From positions 317 to 64,316 of the forward strand of contig DDTD01000046.1 of NCBI GenBank assembly GCA_002344005.1: a stretch of 64,000 bases of DNA. The letters are read 5' to 3'. The stretch's first letter is position 1. The number at the start of each line of letters is the position of its first letter. The stretch comes from Ignavibacteria bacterium UBA2373 (GTDB lineage Bacteria > Bacteroidota > Ignavibacteria > Kapaibacteriales > UBA961). This document shows, in pieces, positions 9,145-19,853 of the stretch. Made by a program: the position numbers and the translations under genes. Under the pieces are notes generated by a model, which made no database searches, had not been told where the DNA came from, and worked only from the letters and a program-made list of their open reading frames with translations.

Positions 9145-10584
9145 GTGGCTTTATCCCTTCGATCACTTGCCTCTGACACGGCTGTGTATGGACTTTCCAC
9201 CATAGCCGGACGTTTTTTGACTTTCATTCTCACGCCCTTTTATACCCATTATTTATCCGGTCCCAGCGAATATGGACATATTGCTACCATATATGCGGTC
9301 ATTGCATTTATGAATATTGCCTATTCTTTTGGATTTGATACTGCATTTATGCGTTTTTATTCTAAAGATAATGTCGGATATTCACAACAAGTATATAATA
9401 CCGCTTTTTGGAGTATAGCCGGTATATCGTTGTCAATTACCTTTGTTGCATCGCTTTGTATTATTGCATTTCCGCTGCAATTAGAAGGTATTTACACTTC
9501 TGCCACTACACTCTTACTTTGCGCAGCAACAATTCCATTCTTAGATGCACTTATGATTATCCCCTATGCACATTTGCGCATGGAAAGACGCTCAAAACGA
9601 TTTGCATTGACTAAATTTTTTATTATTGTACTAAATGTTTCTCTCAATATTCTCTTTGTGGGCACATTGCACTATGGCGCACTCGGTGTAATAATTTCCG
9701 GCATACTGTCGAGTGCATTTGGTGTCGTACTTCTTTTACCGGATATGCTGCTATGGCTGCGACTTCGTATAAGCAGTCCATTATTAATAGATATGCTGAA
9801 ATTTGGGCTTCCTACAGTGCCTGCTGCTTTTTCCACTATAGCATTGCAATTACTTGATCGTCCCATTGTAGGAATATTAACCGATTCACGCAATGTGGGA
9901 ATTTATCAGGCAAATTATCGGCTGGCTCTTCCCATGATGATGTTTATCAGCGTTTTTGAAACAGCATGGAAACCATTTTATTTAACCAATGCAGAAAAAC
10001 CCGAAGCAAAAAAATTGTTTGCGCAAGTTTTGACAATATTTACGGCTGTCTGTGCCATTATTTTTATTATTGTCACTCTTTTTATGAGCGATATAGTGGC
10101 TCTACCATTCAGAGGTGCATCATTTATTCATCCGCAATATTGGAGCGGATTGCATATCATACCATTGATTCTTGCAGGATATTGGTTTAATGGATTTTAC
10201 ATTCAGTTTTCAGCCGGTTTTCACATTACAAAACAAACTAAATATTTACCGATAGCTATGGGTACAGCCGCTGTAACGACTGTCATCTTAAATTTTGCCC
10301 TTGTTCCCCAATGGGGTATTACCGGTGCAGCAATCGCAATGATGCTGTCATATTGTGTAGCTGCTTGTATATTATTGTTCTATGCAAGAAGAATTTATCC
10401 GCTTGATTATGAATGGAACACTATTGCTTTGCTTATTGGATTAGCTCTCAGCACATTTATTGTCTTTACATTGTTTTCACCATTAACCCTATTACTCAAG
10501 ATACTTATGGGAATTACTTCCATTGTGATGATAAGTATATTACTACTTCGAAAAAAATCAATTATACATTATCTCAAACGATAA
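9145..10584 (+). CDS. MOP/Wzx-family polysaccharide biosynthesis protein (oligosaccharide flippase-like)
   Basis: GTG start. Polytopic membrane protein with about 12-14 hydrophobic segments. The N-terminus (DTAVYGLSTIAGRFLTFILTPFYTHYL) is typical of Wzx-like proteins. Confidence 0.7.
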   Translation: MALSLRSLASDTAVYGLSTIAGRFLTFILTPFYTHYLSGPSEYGHIATIYAVIAFMNIAYSFGFDTAFMRFYSKDNVGYSQQVYNTAFWSIAGISLSITFVASLCIIAFPLQLEGIYTSATTLLLCAATIPFLDALMIIPYAHLRMERRSKRFALTKFFIIVLNVSLNILFVGTLHYGALGVIISGILSSAFGVVLLLPDMLLWLRLRISSPLLIDMLKFGLPTVPAAFSTIALQLLDRPIVGILTDSRNVGIYQANYRLALPMMMFISVFETAWKPFYLTNAEKPEAKKLFAQVLTIFTAVCAIIFIIVTLFMSDIVALPFRGASFIHPQYWSGLHIIPLILAGYWFNGFYIQFSAGFHITKQTKYLPIAMGTAAVTTVILNFALVPQWGITGAAIAMMLSYCVAACILLFYARRIYPLDYEWNTIALLIGLALSTFIVFTLFSPLTLLLKILMGITSIVMISILLLRKKSIIHYLKR

Positions 10585-13455
10585 TTACAGTTGTATTTTC
10601 TTGACATTCATCCCTGATTTTCCGAAGAGAACAATAAAATATGTACCTGAAATTTTTTGTTGAACGGGTATTGTTATTTCATTCTCTCCCCGATAAGGTG
10701 ATGAATATTCATAGACTGTAGTTCCTTGTATATTATACATAATGCAGCGTTCAATCAATGACTCGGTCTGTTGTTTTTTTACCACAATACTTTGCTGAGT
10801 AGGAATGACTACGATATCATCATTAAGTGCAATATAGTTTTCTTGAACAGATGTAGTGAATTGCTCTAACCAAGAGACAGCATTATTCACAAGTGCATAA
10901 CGTATTGTTGTATCATTGATGCTTGAGAGATTAAATGCAAAATATGCATTTCTTGTTGAACCATATTCTCTTTGTATCCCATGTATAATCGTTGTATTTT
11001 TTTTATCCGTAATAATAGAAGCCGCATCCTGAGCATCAAGTTGCAATGTTGGAACCGGAATAACTTCTAAACCCAAGTAATGATTTAGTTGCGGTAATTG
11101 AACAGCAATATTCTGCAAATTACCAAATGTGCTATTGGATTGTACGCTCTGCCAAATGCGCTTTCCGTCATCGCCTTTTGCAGACTGTGGAACTTCTTTA
11201 ATTTTTGCACCGAATAGTTTCAGTAAATCATTGCCTTTTCCTTCGAGTGTATAAAGTGAAATCGGGTCATCACCTATCAATAAAACTTCGATACCCTTTT
11301 TTTGCATATCCTGCATAATTGCAGCATGAATATCATTCATAAAACCATGAGTGCCGCAATTCCAAATAACGGTTTCGGGATTTGAAGTCTCATCGTACCA
11401 ACGCAAAAATTCTTCACTTGTCATTGATTGATAATATCGTTTTTGAGTTTTTGCAATATCCTTCATCAATGAATAATTTTCTCGAGTTGCATCCTCAATA
11501 ATAATTTTTTTTAGATTAATGGAAGCAAAAGTAAATGATAGTGTTTTATAGATATTCTGTGTTTTGCGGTCATAACACTGAATGACAAAACGTGCAATAC
11601 CTGATTTTTTATGTGTTGTAATCTCAAGAGGTAAGACTGTTTGTTGATTATTACCGATACTATATTCTTCATTTGGTAGAATGACTTCCCATCCATCGGG
11701 TATGCTTGAATTGGGAGCTAAGCGAAGTGCAGGTTCTATTGATTCATTTGTCCCATTTACTATGGTTATATCAGCTTTTTGAATTTCATCAATTGTATAA
11801 AATGATTGATTAGCAAAACAATGTATTTTCTGATTAAATGTCACTTTTTTGACAGTACTTTCAATTTGGTCAACGAAATAAATATCACCATCTGCGTCAA
11901 ATTCGATGCCTGCTATACCTTTTGCACCTGTTTCTATACTTTCAATAAATGTTGGCTTTTGCGATTCATGAAGCCGATAAAGATATATTTTTCCATTTTC
12001 TCTATCACTTACCGCCATTAAGCTATAATATATATCAATCCCAACGGGCTTATTTAATCCTTCTGTTATATATGGTTCATAAAGAGCATCTTTCATTTCC
12101 ACAAACTCAGCAAGCCGTTCATCACGAGGCGATTGAACCGTTAATTTCTTTGCAATTGTACCTGATTGAGTTTGTAGTCTATAGATAGAGTTGCCATCAA
12201 TATAATAAAGCCATGATGATGACTTATCAAGCACTAAATGGGAAGGAAGATTATGCTCTCTTTTCGTCAGTTTAATTTGGCTGAATCGTCTTACGCTGCC
12301 ATCACGATGGTCTGTTCCGCCAATTTCATGGGGATTGGCAAAATCATAACGACAAATGTCATTGTACATATTATCGTTCACCCAATAGACATTGTTTTTT
12401 TCATGAGCAATACCCATAGTAAATGGACTTTGATGCAACATATCCAAATGACTTGCCAAACGTTGTTTCACCTGATCGAAAGGTCCTTGATTGCGTCGAG
12501 CAAATATTGCAGTATCTGATGCCCATAATGTCGGTCCCATAAAATCCATTTGAGGCACAGTATTTTGTTTGGGTTCTCCACTTTGCGCTGTGCCGAATGT
12601 GCCATTATCACCAAAATCAATCGCCATTGTTCGCCACATAAAATGCGATGCTGCATAATCTCTGCGTTTTTCAATAGTTTGATTATTTTTTCCCGTATTT
12701 CGTATAATTGCTATACCTTCACCTGCTTGATTAGTTCCTGTTACCACCCAGAGTTCATTTGGATGAAATATAGCAGAATTGAATGACAAATCAACAGGGT
12801 TAATAATATCGGGATATGATGCGATGGTTGTGATTGTAAATTTATCATTAGAGAGTAGTCTATCGGTCGCTTGATTCTTTTTCTGCGAATAATATCGCAC
12901 TTCATTGAGTGACTTTTCAATGAGTTTCTCTATGTCCATGAAAGGTTCATCGCCGTATGTAGCAAAAACAAGTGTGCTTTTATGAACTATCATAGCCACG
13001 TGCAAATCAATGTCTTTTTCTTTATTAAAAGCAGAAAGAGATGCAGCACCTTCATTATTCGTATCTTCAACAAATGTGAACACCTCAGAAAATGAATTTT
13101 TTTTGGCAAAAATATCCAAATCTTTTTGCTTTTCAGAACTTACAGCTATTACTCGGATTCCATTACGGCGCAGTATTTCTGTTTGCTTATTGAGATTGTA
13201 AAGCTGTTCAGCACAGTGAATGCATTGCGTTCCGAGAAATCGAATAAAGATAATGGGATGATGCTTAGAGAGAGCAAGAACATCAATGCCTTGTGAACCT
13301 ATTGACAGTGTTTTCGGTAAAAGTAAATGCGGTTCTTTAGGTAATGTGACAAATGGCATAGACTTCATCATGGGATGAGATGTCATACTGTCGCCCGCAG
13401 TGAGTACTGCACATGAAAAAAGTAATGAAGCAAGGAATGTAACAAAATGTTTCAT
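10585..13455 (-). CDS. secreted redoxin (thioredoxin-fold, CxxC) fusion protein with a T9SS C-terminal sorting domain
   Basis: Start taken at Met14 (MKHFVTFLASLLFSCAVL signal). AhpC/TSA-like segment FIRFLGTQCIHCAEQLYNL..GIRVIAVSS. About 600 aa of unknown fold. C-terminus CIMYNIQGTTVYEY..ISGTYFIVLFGKSGMNVKKIQL is T9SS-CTD-like. Confidence 0.6.
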   Translation of the reverse strand: MKHFVTFLASLLFSCAVLTAGDSMTSHPMMKSMPFVTLPKEPHLLLPKTLSIGSQGIDVLALSKHHPIIFIRFLGTQCIHCAEQLYNLNKQTEILRRNGIRVIAVSSEKQKDLDIFAKKNSFSEVFTFVEDTNNEGAASLSAFNKEKDIDLHVAMIVHKSTLVFATYGDEPFMDIEKLIEKSLNEVRYYSQKKNQATDRLLSNDKFTITTIASYPDIINPVDLSFNSAIFHPNELWVVTGTNQAGEGIAIIRNTGKNNQTIEKRRDYAASHFMWRTMAIDFGDNGTFGTAQSGEPKQNTVPQMDFMGPTLWASDTAIFARRNQGPFDQVKQRLASHLDMLHQSPFTMGIAHEKNNVYWVNDNMYNDICRYDFANPHEIGGTDHRDGSVRRFSQIKLTKREHNLPSHLVLDKSSSWLYYIDGNSIYRLQTQSGTIAKKLTVQSPRDERLAEFVEMKDALYEPYITEGLNKPVGIDIYYSLMAVSDRENGKIYLYRLHESQKPTFIESIETGAKGIAGIEFDADGDIYFVDQIESTVKKVTFNQKIHCFANQSFYTIDEIQKADITIVNGTNESIEPALRLAPNSSIPDGWEVILPNEEYSIGNNQQTVLPLEITTHKKSGIARFVIQCYDRKTQNIYKTLSFTFASINLKKIIIEDATRENYSLMKDIAKTQKRYYQSMTSEEFLRWYDETSNPETVIWNCGTHGFMNDIHAAIMQDMQKKGIEVLLIGDDPISLYTLEGKGNDLLKLFGAKIKEVPQSAKGDDGKRIWQSVQSNSTFGNLQNIAVQLPQLNHYLGLEVIPVPTLQLDAQDAASIITDKKNTTIIHGIQREYGSTRNAYFAFNLSSINDTTIRYALVNNAVSWLEQFTTSVQENYIALNDDIVVIPTQQSIVVKKQQTESLIERCIMYNIQGTTVYEYSSPYRGENEITIPVQQKISGTYFIVLFGKSGMNVKKIQL

Positions 13456-13515
13456 AAATTCGACTCTATCTTGATATGTAATGGAATTTCTCATACCAAG
13501 ATACGCATTTATTCA

Positions 13516-14289
13516 TCATGTTTCAATACGTTGCTCATAAAATGCATCAGAACACGTTCGAATACGAACGCCATGCGTATCATCAATGGTAATAAATGTT
13601 GATGGTATATCAGTCCAACAGCCTGAATTTACATAAGTTACACCATCAGAAGTCTTCATGGTAGCTACGTGAGTATGACCACAAAAAATATAGTCGCATT
13701 GTCGTAACCGCCCATACTCGAGTGCATCATCCGCCACTTTTTCTACGATACGGATAAAACGCTTACTTCGTTGTTTTATCCAACGGCTCAGTCTTTGTTG
13801 TTCGCCGCCAATCATTTGAATTCCTGTATAAAGTCGGGTGGCAACTTCCGTAATCACAGGTTTGTCATAGATAAATTCATCAAACTGATGTCCATGGAGA
13901 GCTATCATTTTCTTATCATTAAAAACCCAGATATACTCTTCAACAACTTCTACACCTAATAAATGGGATAATGTTTCTGCAATACCGTCATGATTACCTA
14001 TCACCCAAATTACTTCTCGCCCATGACGAGGGTGAGATAATGAACGTATTAAGGAGAGAAATTTCCAATCTTTTTTCTTCAATCGTTTAAAATTGAGATC
14101 ATCAAAGACATCACCATTTAAAATGAGTCTTTTGAAACGAAAACGTTTTAACAATTGAATAAGCTGTTGACTTCTCGAGACCAGAGAACCTAAATGAATA
14201 TCCGAAATGATAATCGTATCAACATCGCCTATTTCTTGCCCAATATCAATATCGTCAACGGTATGAATATTATCGTAAACGAAAGACAT
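13516..14289 (-). CDS. metallophosphoesterase, LpxH-like
   Basis: Calcineurin-like phosphoesterase motifs: IIISDIHLG, LNGDVFD, GNHDG, LHGHQFD, CGHTH. At 257 aa it is similar in size to UDP-2,3-diacylglucosamine hydrolases. Confidence 0.65.
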   Translation of the reverse strand: MSFVYDNIHTVDDIDIGQEIGDVDTIIISDIHLGSLVSRSQQLIQLLKRFRFKRLILNGDVFDDLNFKRLKKKDWKFLSLIRSLSHPRHGREVIWVIGNHDGIAETLSHLLGVEVVEEYIWVFNDKKMIALHGHQFDEFIYDKPVITEVATRLYTGIQMIGGEQQRLSRWIKQRSKRFIRIVEKVADDALEYGRLRQCDYIFCGHTHVATMKTSDGVTYVNSGCWTDIPSTFITIDDTHGVRIRTCSDAFYEQRIET

Positions 14290-15040
14290 AGAAAAATTGT
14301 TGAATAAATGATAAAGGATACTTTTGTGCTAAACCATAGATACCTGCTTTTTCCTTGTTCGGGAAATATGCAGTACCGAACATCCAATCCCACACGGCTA
14401 ATTTTGTCGAAAAATTTTTATCAAAAGCTTTTTCATCATTCGCATGATGCCAACGGTGCATTTCCGGTCCATTAAAAAAATATCGAAGGATACCCATAGA
14501 AATATCTGTATTGGAATGAATAAACATACCCCAGACGGCATCAATCATACCTTTATACACAGCCACTTCAGGCGAAGCTCCCAACAAAAACATTGGCGCA
14601 AACTCAACTGTTTGATTAATAAGTATCTCAAAGAAATGTGAACGCGATCCGGAAAGCCAATCTACCTCGATTGAAGAATGATGTGCCTCATGAATTCTCC
14701 AAAGTAGAGGAATTTTATGCTGAAAGCGGTGGAACCAATATATATAGAAGTCATGCAATATAAAAAAGAATACGAATTGTTGCCATAGGGAAAATTTTGA
14801 GTCAAAATGAACATAAAACTCGAGACCTAAATTTTGCAACCATTGAATTATATAATAAATACAGATTCCTGCAACATAGCTTTGAACCACTGTATAGAGG
14901 ACAAAATCATTAAAAAATCCTTCACGAAATACTTTCTGTCCTTTATTATAGGGAATAAATCTTTCCAAGAGTATAATACATATTGCTGCAATAACAACAA
15001 TAAAACCGGTTATAATTTCAAGTGATAAGTCTAAAATCAT
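14270..15040 (-). CDS. fatty acid hydroxylase / sterol desaturase superfamily membrane protein
   Basis: Histidine boxes HRFQH, HEAHH and HRWHH in a protein with several hydrophobic segments. ATGA overlap with the upstream NeuB-like gene. Confidence 0.75.
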   Translation of the reverse strand: MILDLSLEIITGFIVVIAAICIILLERFIPYNKGQKVFREGFFNDFVLYTVVQSYVAGICIYYIIQWLQNLGLEFYVHFDSKFSLWQQFVFFFILHDFYIYWFHRFQHKIPLLWRIHEAHHSSIEVDWLSGSRSHFFEILINQTVEFAPMFLLGASPEVAVYKGMIDAVWGMFIHSNTDISMGILRYFFNGPEMHRWHHANDEKAFDKNFSTKLAVWDWMFGTAYFPNKEKAGIYGLAQKYPLSFIQQFFYVFRLR

Positions 15041-15927
15041 GCAACTAATTCAGTAGAAACTCGACGTAATTTTTTTCTTGACGATAGCTCGCTGTCATAA
15101 ACCCTTTTGATGCCATCTCCCAAAGCTTTTTCTATATCACGGATGTTTGAAACTAATCGAATAAGCCCAACCATCTCGACTGAGGCTGCCTGATCGGTTC
15201 CCCACATTGCACGATCTAAAGTAATATGCCTTTCAACAAAACAAGCACCTAAGGTAACTGCTGACCATGTTGGTGCTAATCCTACTTCATGACCGGAATA
15301 TCCGATTGGAATATCAGGGTATAAGCTACGTAATGTGCGAATCATATTTAAATTTAATTCTTCAATCTTGCAAGGATACGACGATGTCGAGTGTGCTATA
15401 AGTAATGCTGAAGTATCTAATGAATCAATGGCTTCGGTAATCTCTTCCATCGTACTCATACCTGTGGAAATAATTAATGGTTTTCCGGTATTTTGCATCG
15501 TTTGTAATAATGGAATATCCGTAAGTGATGCGGATGCAGCTTTATAACATGGCGGATTAAATTGTTCAATAAACTCAACTGAAGGCTCATCCCAACATGA
15601 TGCAAACCATTGAATATTTTTTTGTTTACAATATTGGTCAATTTCATCAAATTCATTGAAGCCGAATTCTACTTTATGACGATATTCTAAATAAGTCATT
15701 CTTCCCCAAGGGGTATCTCTTTCAATATCCCATTGTTCACGCGGAACACATAACTCCGGTGTTCTTTTTTGAAACTTCACAGCATCACAACCCGCAATTG
15801 CCGCAGAATCAATCATTTTTTTTGCAAGTTCAACGGAGCCATTATGATTAATACCAATCTCAGCAATAACATATACAGAGTGTTTATCTCCAACGGCTTT
15901 ATCGCCAATTAAAACAGACTTTCTCAT
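15037..15927 (-). CDS. NeuB-family (N-acylneuraminate / pseudaminate synthase-like) PEP-condensing enzyme, apparently without the C-terminal SAF domain
   Basis: VYVIAEIGINHNGSVELAKKMIDSAAIAGCDAVKFQKR is the classic NeuB N-terminal motif. The protein is 296 aa, shorter than the ~340-350 aa of typical NeuB/PseI. Confidence 0.8.
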   Translation of the reverse strand: MRKSVLIGDKAVGDKHSVYVIAEIGINHNGSVELAKKMIDSAAIAGCDAVKFQKRTPELCVPREQWDIERDTPWGRMTYLEYRHKVEFGFNEFDEIDQYCKQKNIQWFASCWDEPSVEFIEQFNPPCYKAASASLTDIPLLQTMQNTGKPLIISTGMSTMEEITEAIDSLDTSALLIAHSTSSYPCKIEELNLNMIRTLRSLYPDIPIGYSGHEVGLAPTWSAVTLGACFVERHITLDRAMWGTDQAASVEMVGLIRLVSNIRDIEKALGDGIKRVYDSELSSRKKLRRVSTELVA

Positions 15928-15955
15928 TGTTTACCTTTCATAAAATAATAAATTT

Positions 15956-16759
15956 TTATATAATTGTCCAACCGCCATCAACAATAAGATTAGCACCTGA
16001 AACATACGATGATGCATCACTTGCCAGAAAAACCAGCGCACCTTTATAATCTTCCTTATTCGCCATACGACCTAAGGGCGTTTTCTTCGAATAGTTCTCG
16101 ACAAAGTCTTCATCTTGATATGCGAATACTCCGCCCGGTGAAATACAATTTACCCTAATATTTTTTTCACCCCAATATGCTGCTAAATACTTTGTAAACT
16201 GTATTACTGCTCCTTTTGATGTCGGATACACAGGAGATTTCCACATCAAGCGTTCTCCATTTTTTTTCAGGTATATCGATTGATCCGGAGCAACGACACC
16301 ATACGTTGATGCAATATTAATAATTGAACCTGATTTCTGTTGTGCCATAACACTCCCAAGATATTGACAGCATAAAAACACGCCTGTAACATTAACGTCT
16401 AACACTTTTTTCCAAACATAAAGAGGATAATCTTCAAATGATCCTTGTATATGATTGTCGCGTTTTTCGACCATATCGTTAATGGCAGCATTATTCACAA
16501 GTATATCAATCGTACCATACTGCGATACTATCCTTTCTCTGACACTTGATAATGACGCTGAATCAGTAACATCAAGTCGTATAGTTGAAATTTGATGACG
16601 AATTTGTTCAGGAAAAATATCGTCATGACATCGCTCAATATCGGCAGCAATAACGTGCGCACCGGCTTCTGCCAGAGCTATACAATGTTGCAGTCCTAAC
16701 AATCCGTTTGCCCCTGTGACAACAGCAATTTTACCCGAAAGTGAAAAATTATTATCCAT
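15956..16759 (-). CDS. SDR family oxidoreductase
   Basis: Rossmann motif VVTGANGLLG, NNAA, and catalytic YPTSK (YxxxK); 267 aa. Confidence 0.85.
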   Translation of the reverse strand: MDNNFSLSGKIAVVTGANGLLGLQHCIALAEAGAHVIAADIERCHDDIFPEQIRHQISTIRLDVTDSASLSSVRERIVSQYGTIDILVNNAAINDMVEKRDNHIQGSFEDYPLYVWKKVLDVNVTGVFLCCQYLGSVMAQQKSGSIINIASTYGVVAPDQSIYLKKNGERLMWKSPVYPTSKGAVIQFTKYLAAYWGEKNIRVNCISPGGVFAYQDEDFVENYSKKTPLGRMANKEDYKGALVFLASDASSYVSGANLIVDGGWTII

Positions 16760-18083
16760 GTACTAAATGTGGTTTAGAATGAAAGTGTGTTGTTTTTCGA
16801 AATACCGGTTCTAATATTTTTCCATGAATCATTTCTCGTATATTACCATTATACAAAACATCATGAATAAATGGAAGAATTTCACTGTATGCAAAGAGCG
16901 TATGAAGAATATCCTGATCACTGTGTGAAAATGACAATGTATGAAATCCATTCCAAAGAATTCCGTATCTGAGAAACTCTTGCTGTAAAAGTGTTTTTAT
17001 CTCCAAGGCAGGAAATGTTGAGTGCTGAATTGATATCATTGTTCGTGTTGGATTTCCGATACAATCACACCATGGTATCTGATGTTTTTGTATAATGCTT
17101 TTAATTCCTTGTTGTAGTTTTTTTCCTTGTTGATGCAAATAGTCTGGTACATCATATTTTCGTATTTCATTCATTGTGGATTTTGCCGCGGCTAAAGATA
17201 AAGCTTCACCGCCGAATGTTGTAAAAAAGAAGACATCTTTTTCCAATATTGACATGATATTCGATTTACCGCATAATACTGAGAGGGGCATACCGTTGGC
17301 GATTGCCTTAGAAAAACACAATAAGTCTGCATCTATATCATAATATTCCTGTGCGCCTCCTAATGCGAGACGCCACCCCGTCCACATTTCATCAAAAATA
17401 AGTACGGTACCAAACTTATGACATAATTCACGTAATTCAAGTAAAAAACCGTTCTTTGGTTCTGTAAATGTTATGGGTTCTAGAATGACGGCAGCCGTCT
17501 GTTCACTGATACTGTCCAAGAGAGAATCAACATTATTATAATCAAATGTAAAAACGTGATTTTTCGTGGTTTCAGGTATTCCTTTATCACGGTCTGTGAC
17601 TGAGATATACCAATCGTGCCATCCATGATAACCACAACATAAAATTTCATCACGTTGTGTATATGCACGAGCAATACGAACTGCGGCACTTGTAACATCC
17701 GCACCAGTTTTGCTAAAACGTACCATTTCCGCATTAGGTACAATAGAGGTAATTAATTCTGCGACCTCATATTCAAGACTATGCGGTAATGAAAATGTTA
17801 TTCCTTTTAATAATTGTTCTTTTATTGCTGTATCTACAGCTTCATAACAATACCCTAAAGAAAGTGGTCCTACAGCCATTGATAAATCCAGATATTCATT
17901 TCCATCAATATCAATTATTTTACTGCCTTTACCTTTATCAGCAAATATTGGTGCAACCCCAAAAGAATATTGCCCAACTCCTTTTGCTAATGTTTGAGTT
18001 ACTCCCGGAATAATATGTCGAGCTTTCTCGTATAGTTCCAAAGATTCTTGTATAGAAGGTAATGTCAACATAAAGAAATGCAA
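16752..18083 (-). CDS. class-III (glutamate-1-semialdehyde aminomutase-like) PLP-dependent aminotransferase
   Basis: FDEMWTGWR and FSKAIANGMP (PLP lysine), plus an overall GSA-AT-like pattern. The start could instead be Met5 (18071). Confidence 0.8.
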   Translation of the reverse strand: MHFFMLTLPSIQESLELYEKARHIIPGVTQTLAKGVGQYSFGVAPIFADKGKGSKIIDIDGNEYLDLSMAVGPLSLGYCYEAVDTAIKEQLLKGITFSLPHSLEYEVAELITSIVPNAEMVRFSKTGADVTSAAVRIARAYTQRDEILCCGYHGWHDWYISVTDRDKGIPETTKNHVFTFDYNNVDSLLDSISEQTAAVILEPITFTEPKNGFLLELRELCHKFGTVLIFDEMWTGWRLALGGAQEYYDIDADLLCFSKAIANGMPLSVLCGKSNIMSILEKDVFFFTTFGGEALSLAAAKSTMNEIRKYDVPDYLHQQGKKLQQGIKSIIQKHQIPWCDCIGNPTRTMISIQHSTFPALEIKTLLQQEFLRYGILWNGFHTLSFSHSDQDILHTLFAYSEILPFIHDVLYNGNIREMIHGKILEPVFRKTTHFHSKPHLVHG

Positions 18084-18085
18084 AT

Positions 18086-19000
18086 TTATAAAGAATTTAA
18101 GATTTTTTGAGCAATCGAGTGACCGTTCATTTTTTCATATACAAGCACGTCATTTAGTAAACCGGGTCTATGCCATGATGAAAAATTAATTGTATTAACT
18201 GTGGCAGAAAGACCCCGTGCAGCAATGAGTTCAGCAATAATTGTATAGAGTGCTCCTGTTGAAAAGTGATCTTCAACAATATAAACAACATCTGCATCAA
18301 GTATATTACGTATAATAACTTCCTCATCAATAGGGCGCAATGTACGCATATTAATGACTTTTACACCAAAACCGTTTTCCTCCAAAATTGTTGCCGCGTC
18401 AAGTACCTGAGCGCATAAAAAACCGTGAGAAAAGATAACAATATCATTTCCTTCGCCAATTTCTTCTGCTTTTCCAATCTCAAAATTAGTATGGTGAATA
18501 GTAGCCGGCTTATTTATATAGCGAATATACCAAGGCATCCCTGAATCAATAATATGTACCATGCCCTGTAATAATTCATCTTCATCCATTGGAGAAAATA
18601 TCCGGACAGTTGGAATTAATCGCATCAATCCGATGTCTTCTAATGATTGATGCGTCGGACCATTCGCTTCTGATAAAATACCGGGAATAAATCCAACCAT
18701 ACAGACTGGTAATGCAGCTATCCCCACATCGGTGCGAATAAATTCGAAGGCTCGCATTGTTAGGAATGATGCTAATGCATGTGTGATTACTGTATTACCG
18801 CGTAATGCCAAGCCGGCAGCCATACCAATCATCGTTTGTTCAGCAATCCCTACATCAATAAATTTATGTCCTATTTTTTGCGGCAATGTACGTATATGTG
18901 CTCTATTTTCAGCTGTCATTACATAAAGCTTATCATTTTTTTCAACCGATTCTACTAATAGTTGTTCGTATGTCATAAATATTTCTTCATTATCGTACAT
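18086..19000 (-). CDS. transketolase family protein, C-terminal (pyrimidine-binding) subunit
   Basis: FIDVGIAEQTMIGMAAGLA and GPTHQSLEDIGLMR motifs; 304 aa; overlaps the N-terminal subunit gene by 11 nt. Confidence 0.85.
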   Translation of the reverse strand: MYDNEEIFMTYEQLLVESVEKNDKLYVMTAENRAHIRTLPQKIGHKFIDVGIAEQTMIGMAAGLALRGNTVITHALASFLTMRAFEFIRTDVGIAALPVCMVGFIPGILSEANGPTHQSLEDIGLMRLIPTVRIFSPMDEDELLQGMVHIIDSGMPWYIRYINKPATIHHTNFEIGKAEEIGEGNDIVIFSHGFLCAQVLDAATILEENGFGVKVINMRTLRPIDEEVIIRNILDADVVYIVEDHFSTGALYTIIAELIAARGLSATVNTINFSSWHRPGLLNDVLVYEKMNGHSIAQKILNSL

Positions 19001-19853
19001 GAAAAATAGGCGAATCTAATTCTTTGGCAGTAGTACCATGTAATTCATTTAGTAATTTTTGAATATCTTCATCAGTAAAATTACAGAACCACCTGTCTGC
19101 TCTTTCTTCTATACTCGGCACGCCTTTACCACGCACCGTATCTGCAATAATGATATGAGGCGTATTTGTATGTTCATCACAGAATTTCATAGCCTTATCA
19201 ATGGAATAAAAATCATGACCATCTATTCTTTGAACATTCCATCCAAATGCGGAGAATTTATTGTCTAATGATTCCAAGGGTATAAGTTCTTCTGTTTTTA
19301 CATTAGCTTGAAATTTATTTCTATCAACAATTACAATAATATTATGCAATTTTAGTGCAGATGCGACAAGAAATCCCTCCCATAGAGAACCTTCATTTAA
19401 CTCACCATCGCCAACAATAACTACAATCTTATTATCTTGTTTTTTTTGAAGACAATCATATGCCACACCCATAGCAACAGAGAGCAAATGCCCTAAAGAC
19501 CCTGAATGAAATTCAATACCCGGGATAGATGTGTTGGGATGCCAATAAATATTGTCACTAATATGTAAATGGTTTGAAAGCCTTTGTTTATCTATAAATC
19601 CAAATTCCGCCAATGTTGCATAGAGAGCAGGAACATCATGACCTTTTGAAAGAAAAAGATAATCACGATTCGGATTAGTCGTACTGTCGGGACTGACACG
19701 CAAATATTGACCATACAAATAGACAATAATATCTGCACACGATAATGATGCTCCTGTAAAACATCCGCCGTTCGTACTCATAAGCAAGATACTTTCCCGT
19801 ACACGTAAAGCACTCGATATTAACTGATTATATTGCAGCTGTTTGTCCATCAT
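18990..19853 (-). CDS. transketolase family protein, N-terminal (TPP-binding) subunit
   Basis: LSKGHDVPALYA, GSLGHLLSVAMG and GDGELNEGSLWE (TPP-binding GDG..N); 287 aa. Confidence 0.85.
   Translation of the reverse strand: MMDKQLQYNQLISSALRVRESILLMSTNGGCFTGASLSCADIIVYLYGQYLRVSPDSTTNPNRDYLFLSKGHDVPALYATLAEFGFIDKQRLSNHLHISDNIYWHPNTSIPGIEFHSGSLGHLLSVAMGVAYDCLQKKQDNKIVVIVGDGELNEGSLWEGFLVASALKLHNIIVIVDRNKFQANVKTEELIPLESLDNKFSAFGWNVQRIDGHDFYSIDKAMKFCDEHTNTPHIIIADTVRGKGVPSIEERADRWFCNFTDEDIQKLLNELHGTTAKELDSPIFHVR

Noticed and set aside
10582-10587. Zero-length spacer between the convergent Wzx and redoxin/T9SS genes as a possible assembly error or gene fusion
   Set aside because: Both ORFs end with proper stop codons (TAA on each strand) and have complete, sensible C-termini (a T9SS CTD on one side). 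Abutting convergent stops are unusual but not evidence of error.
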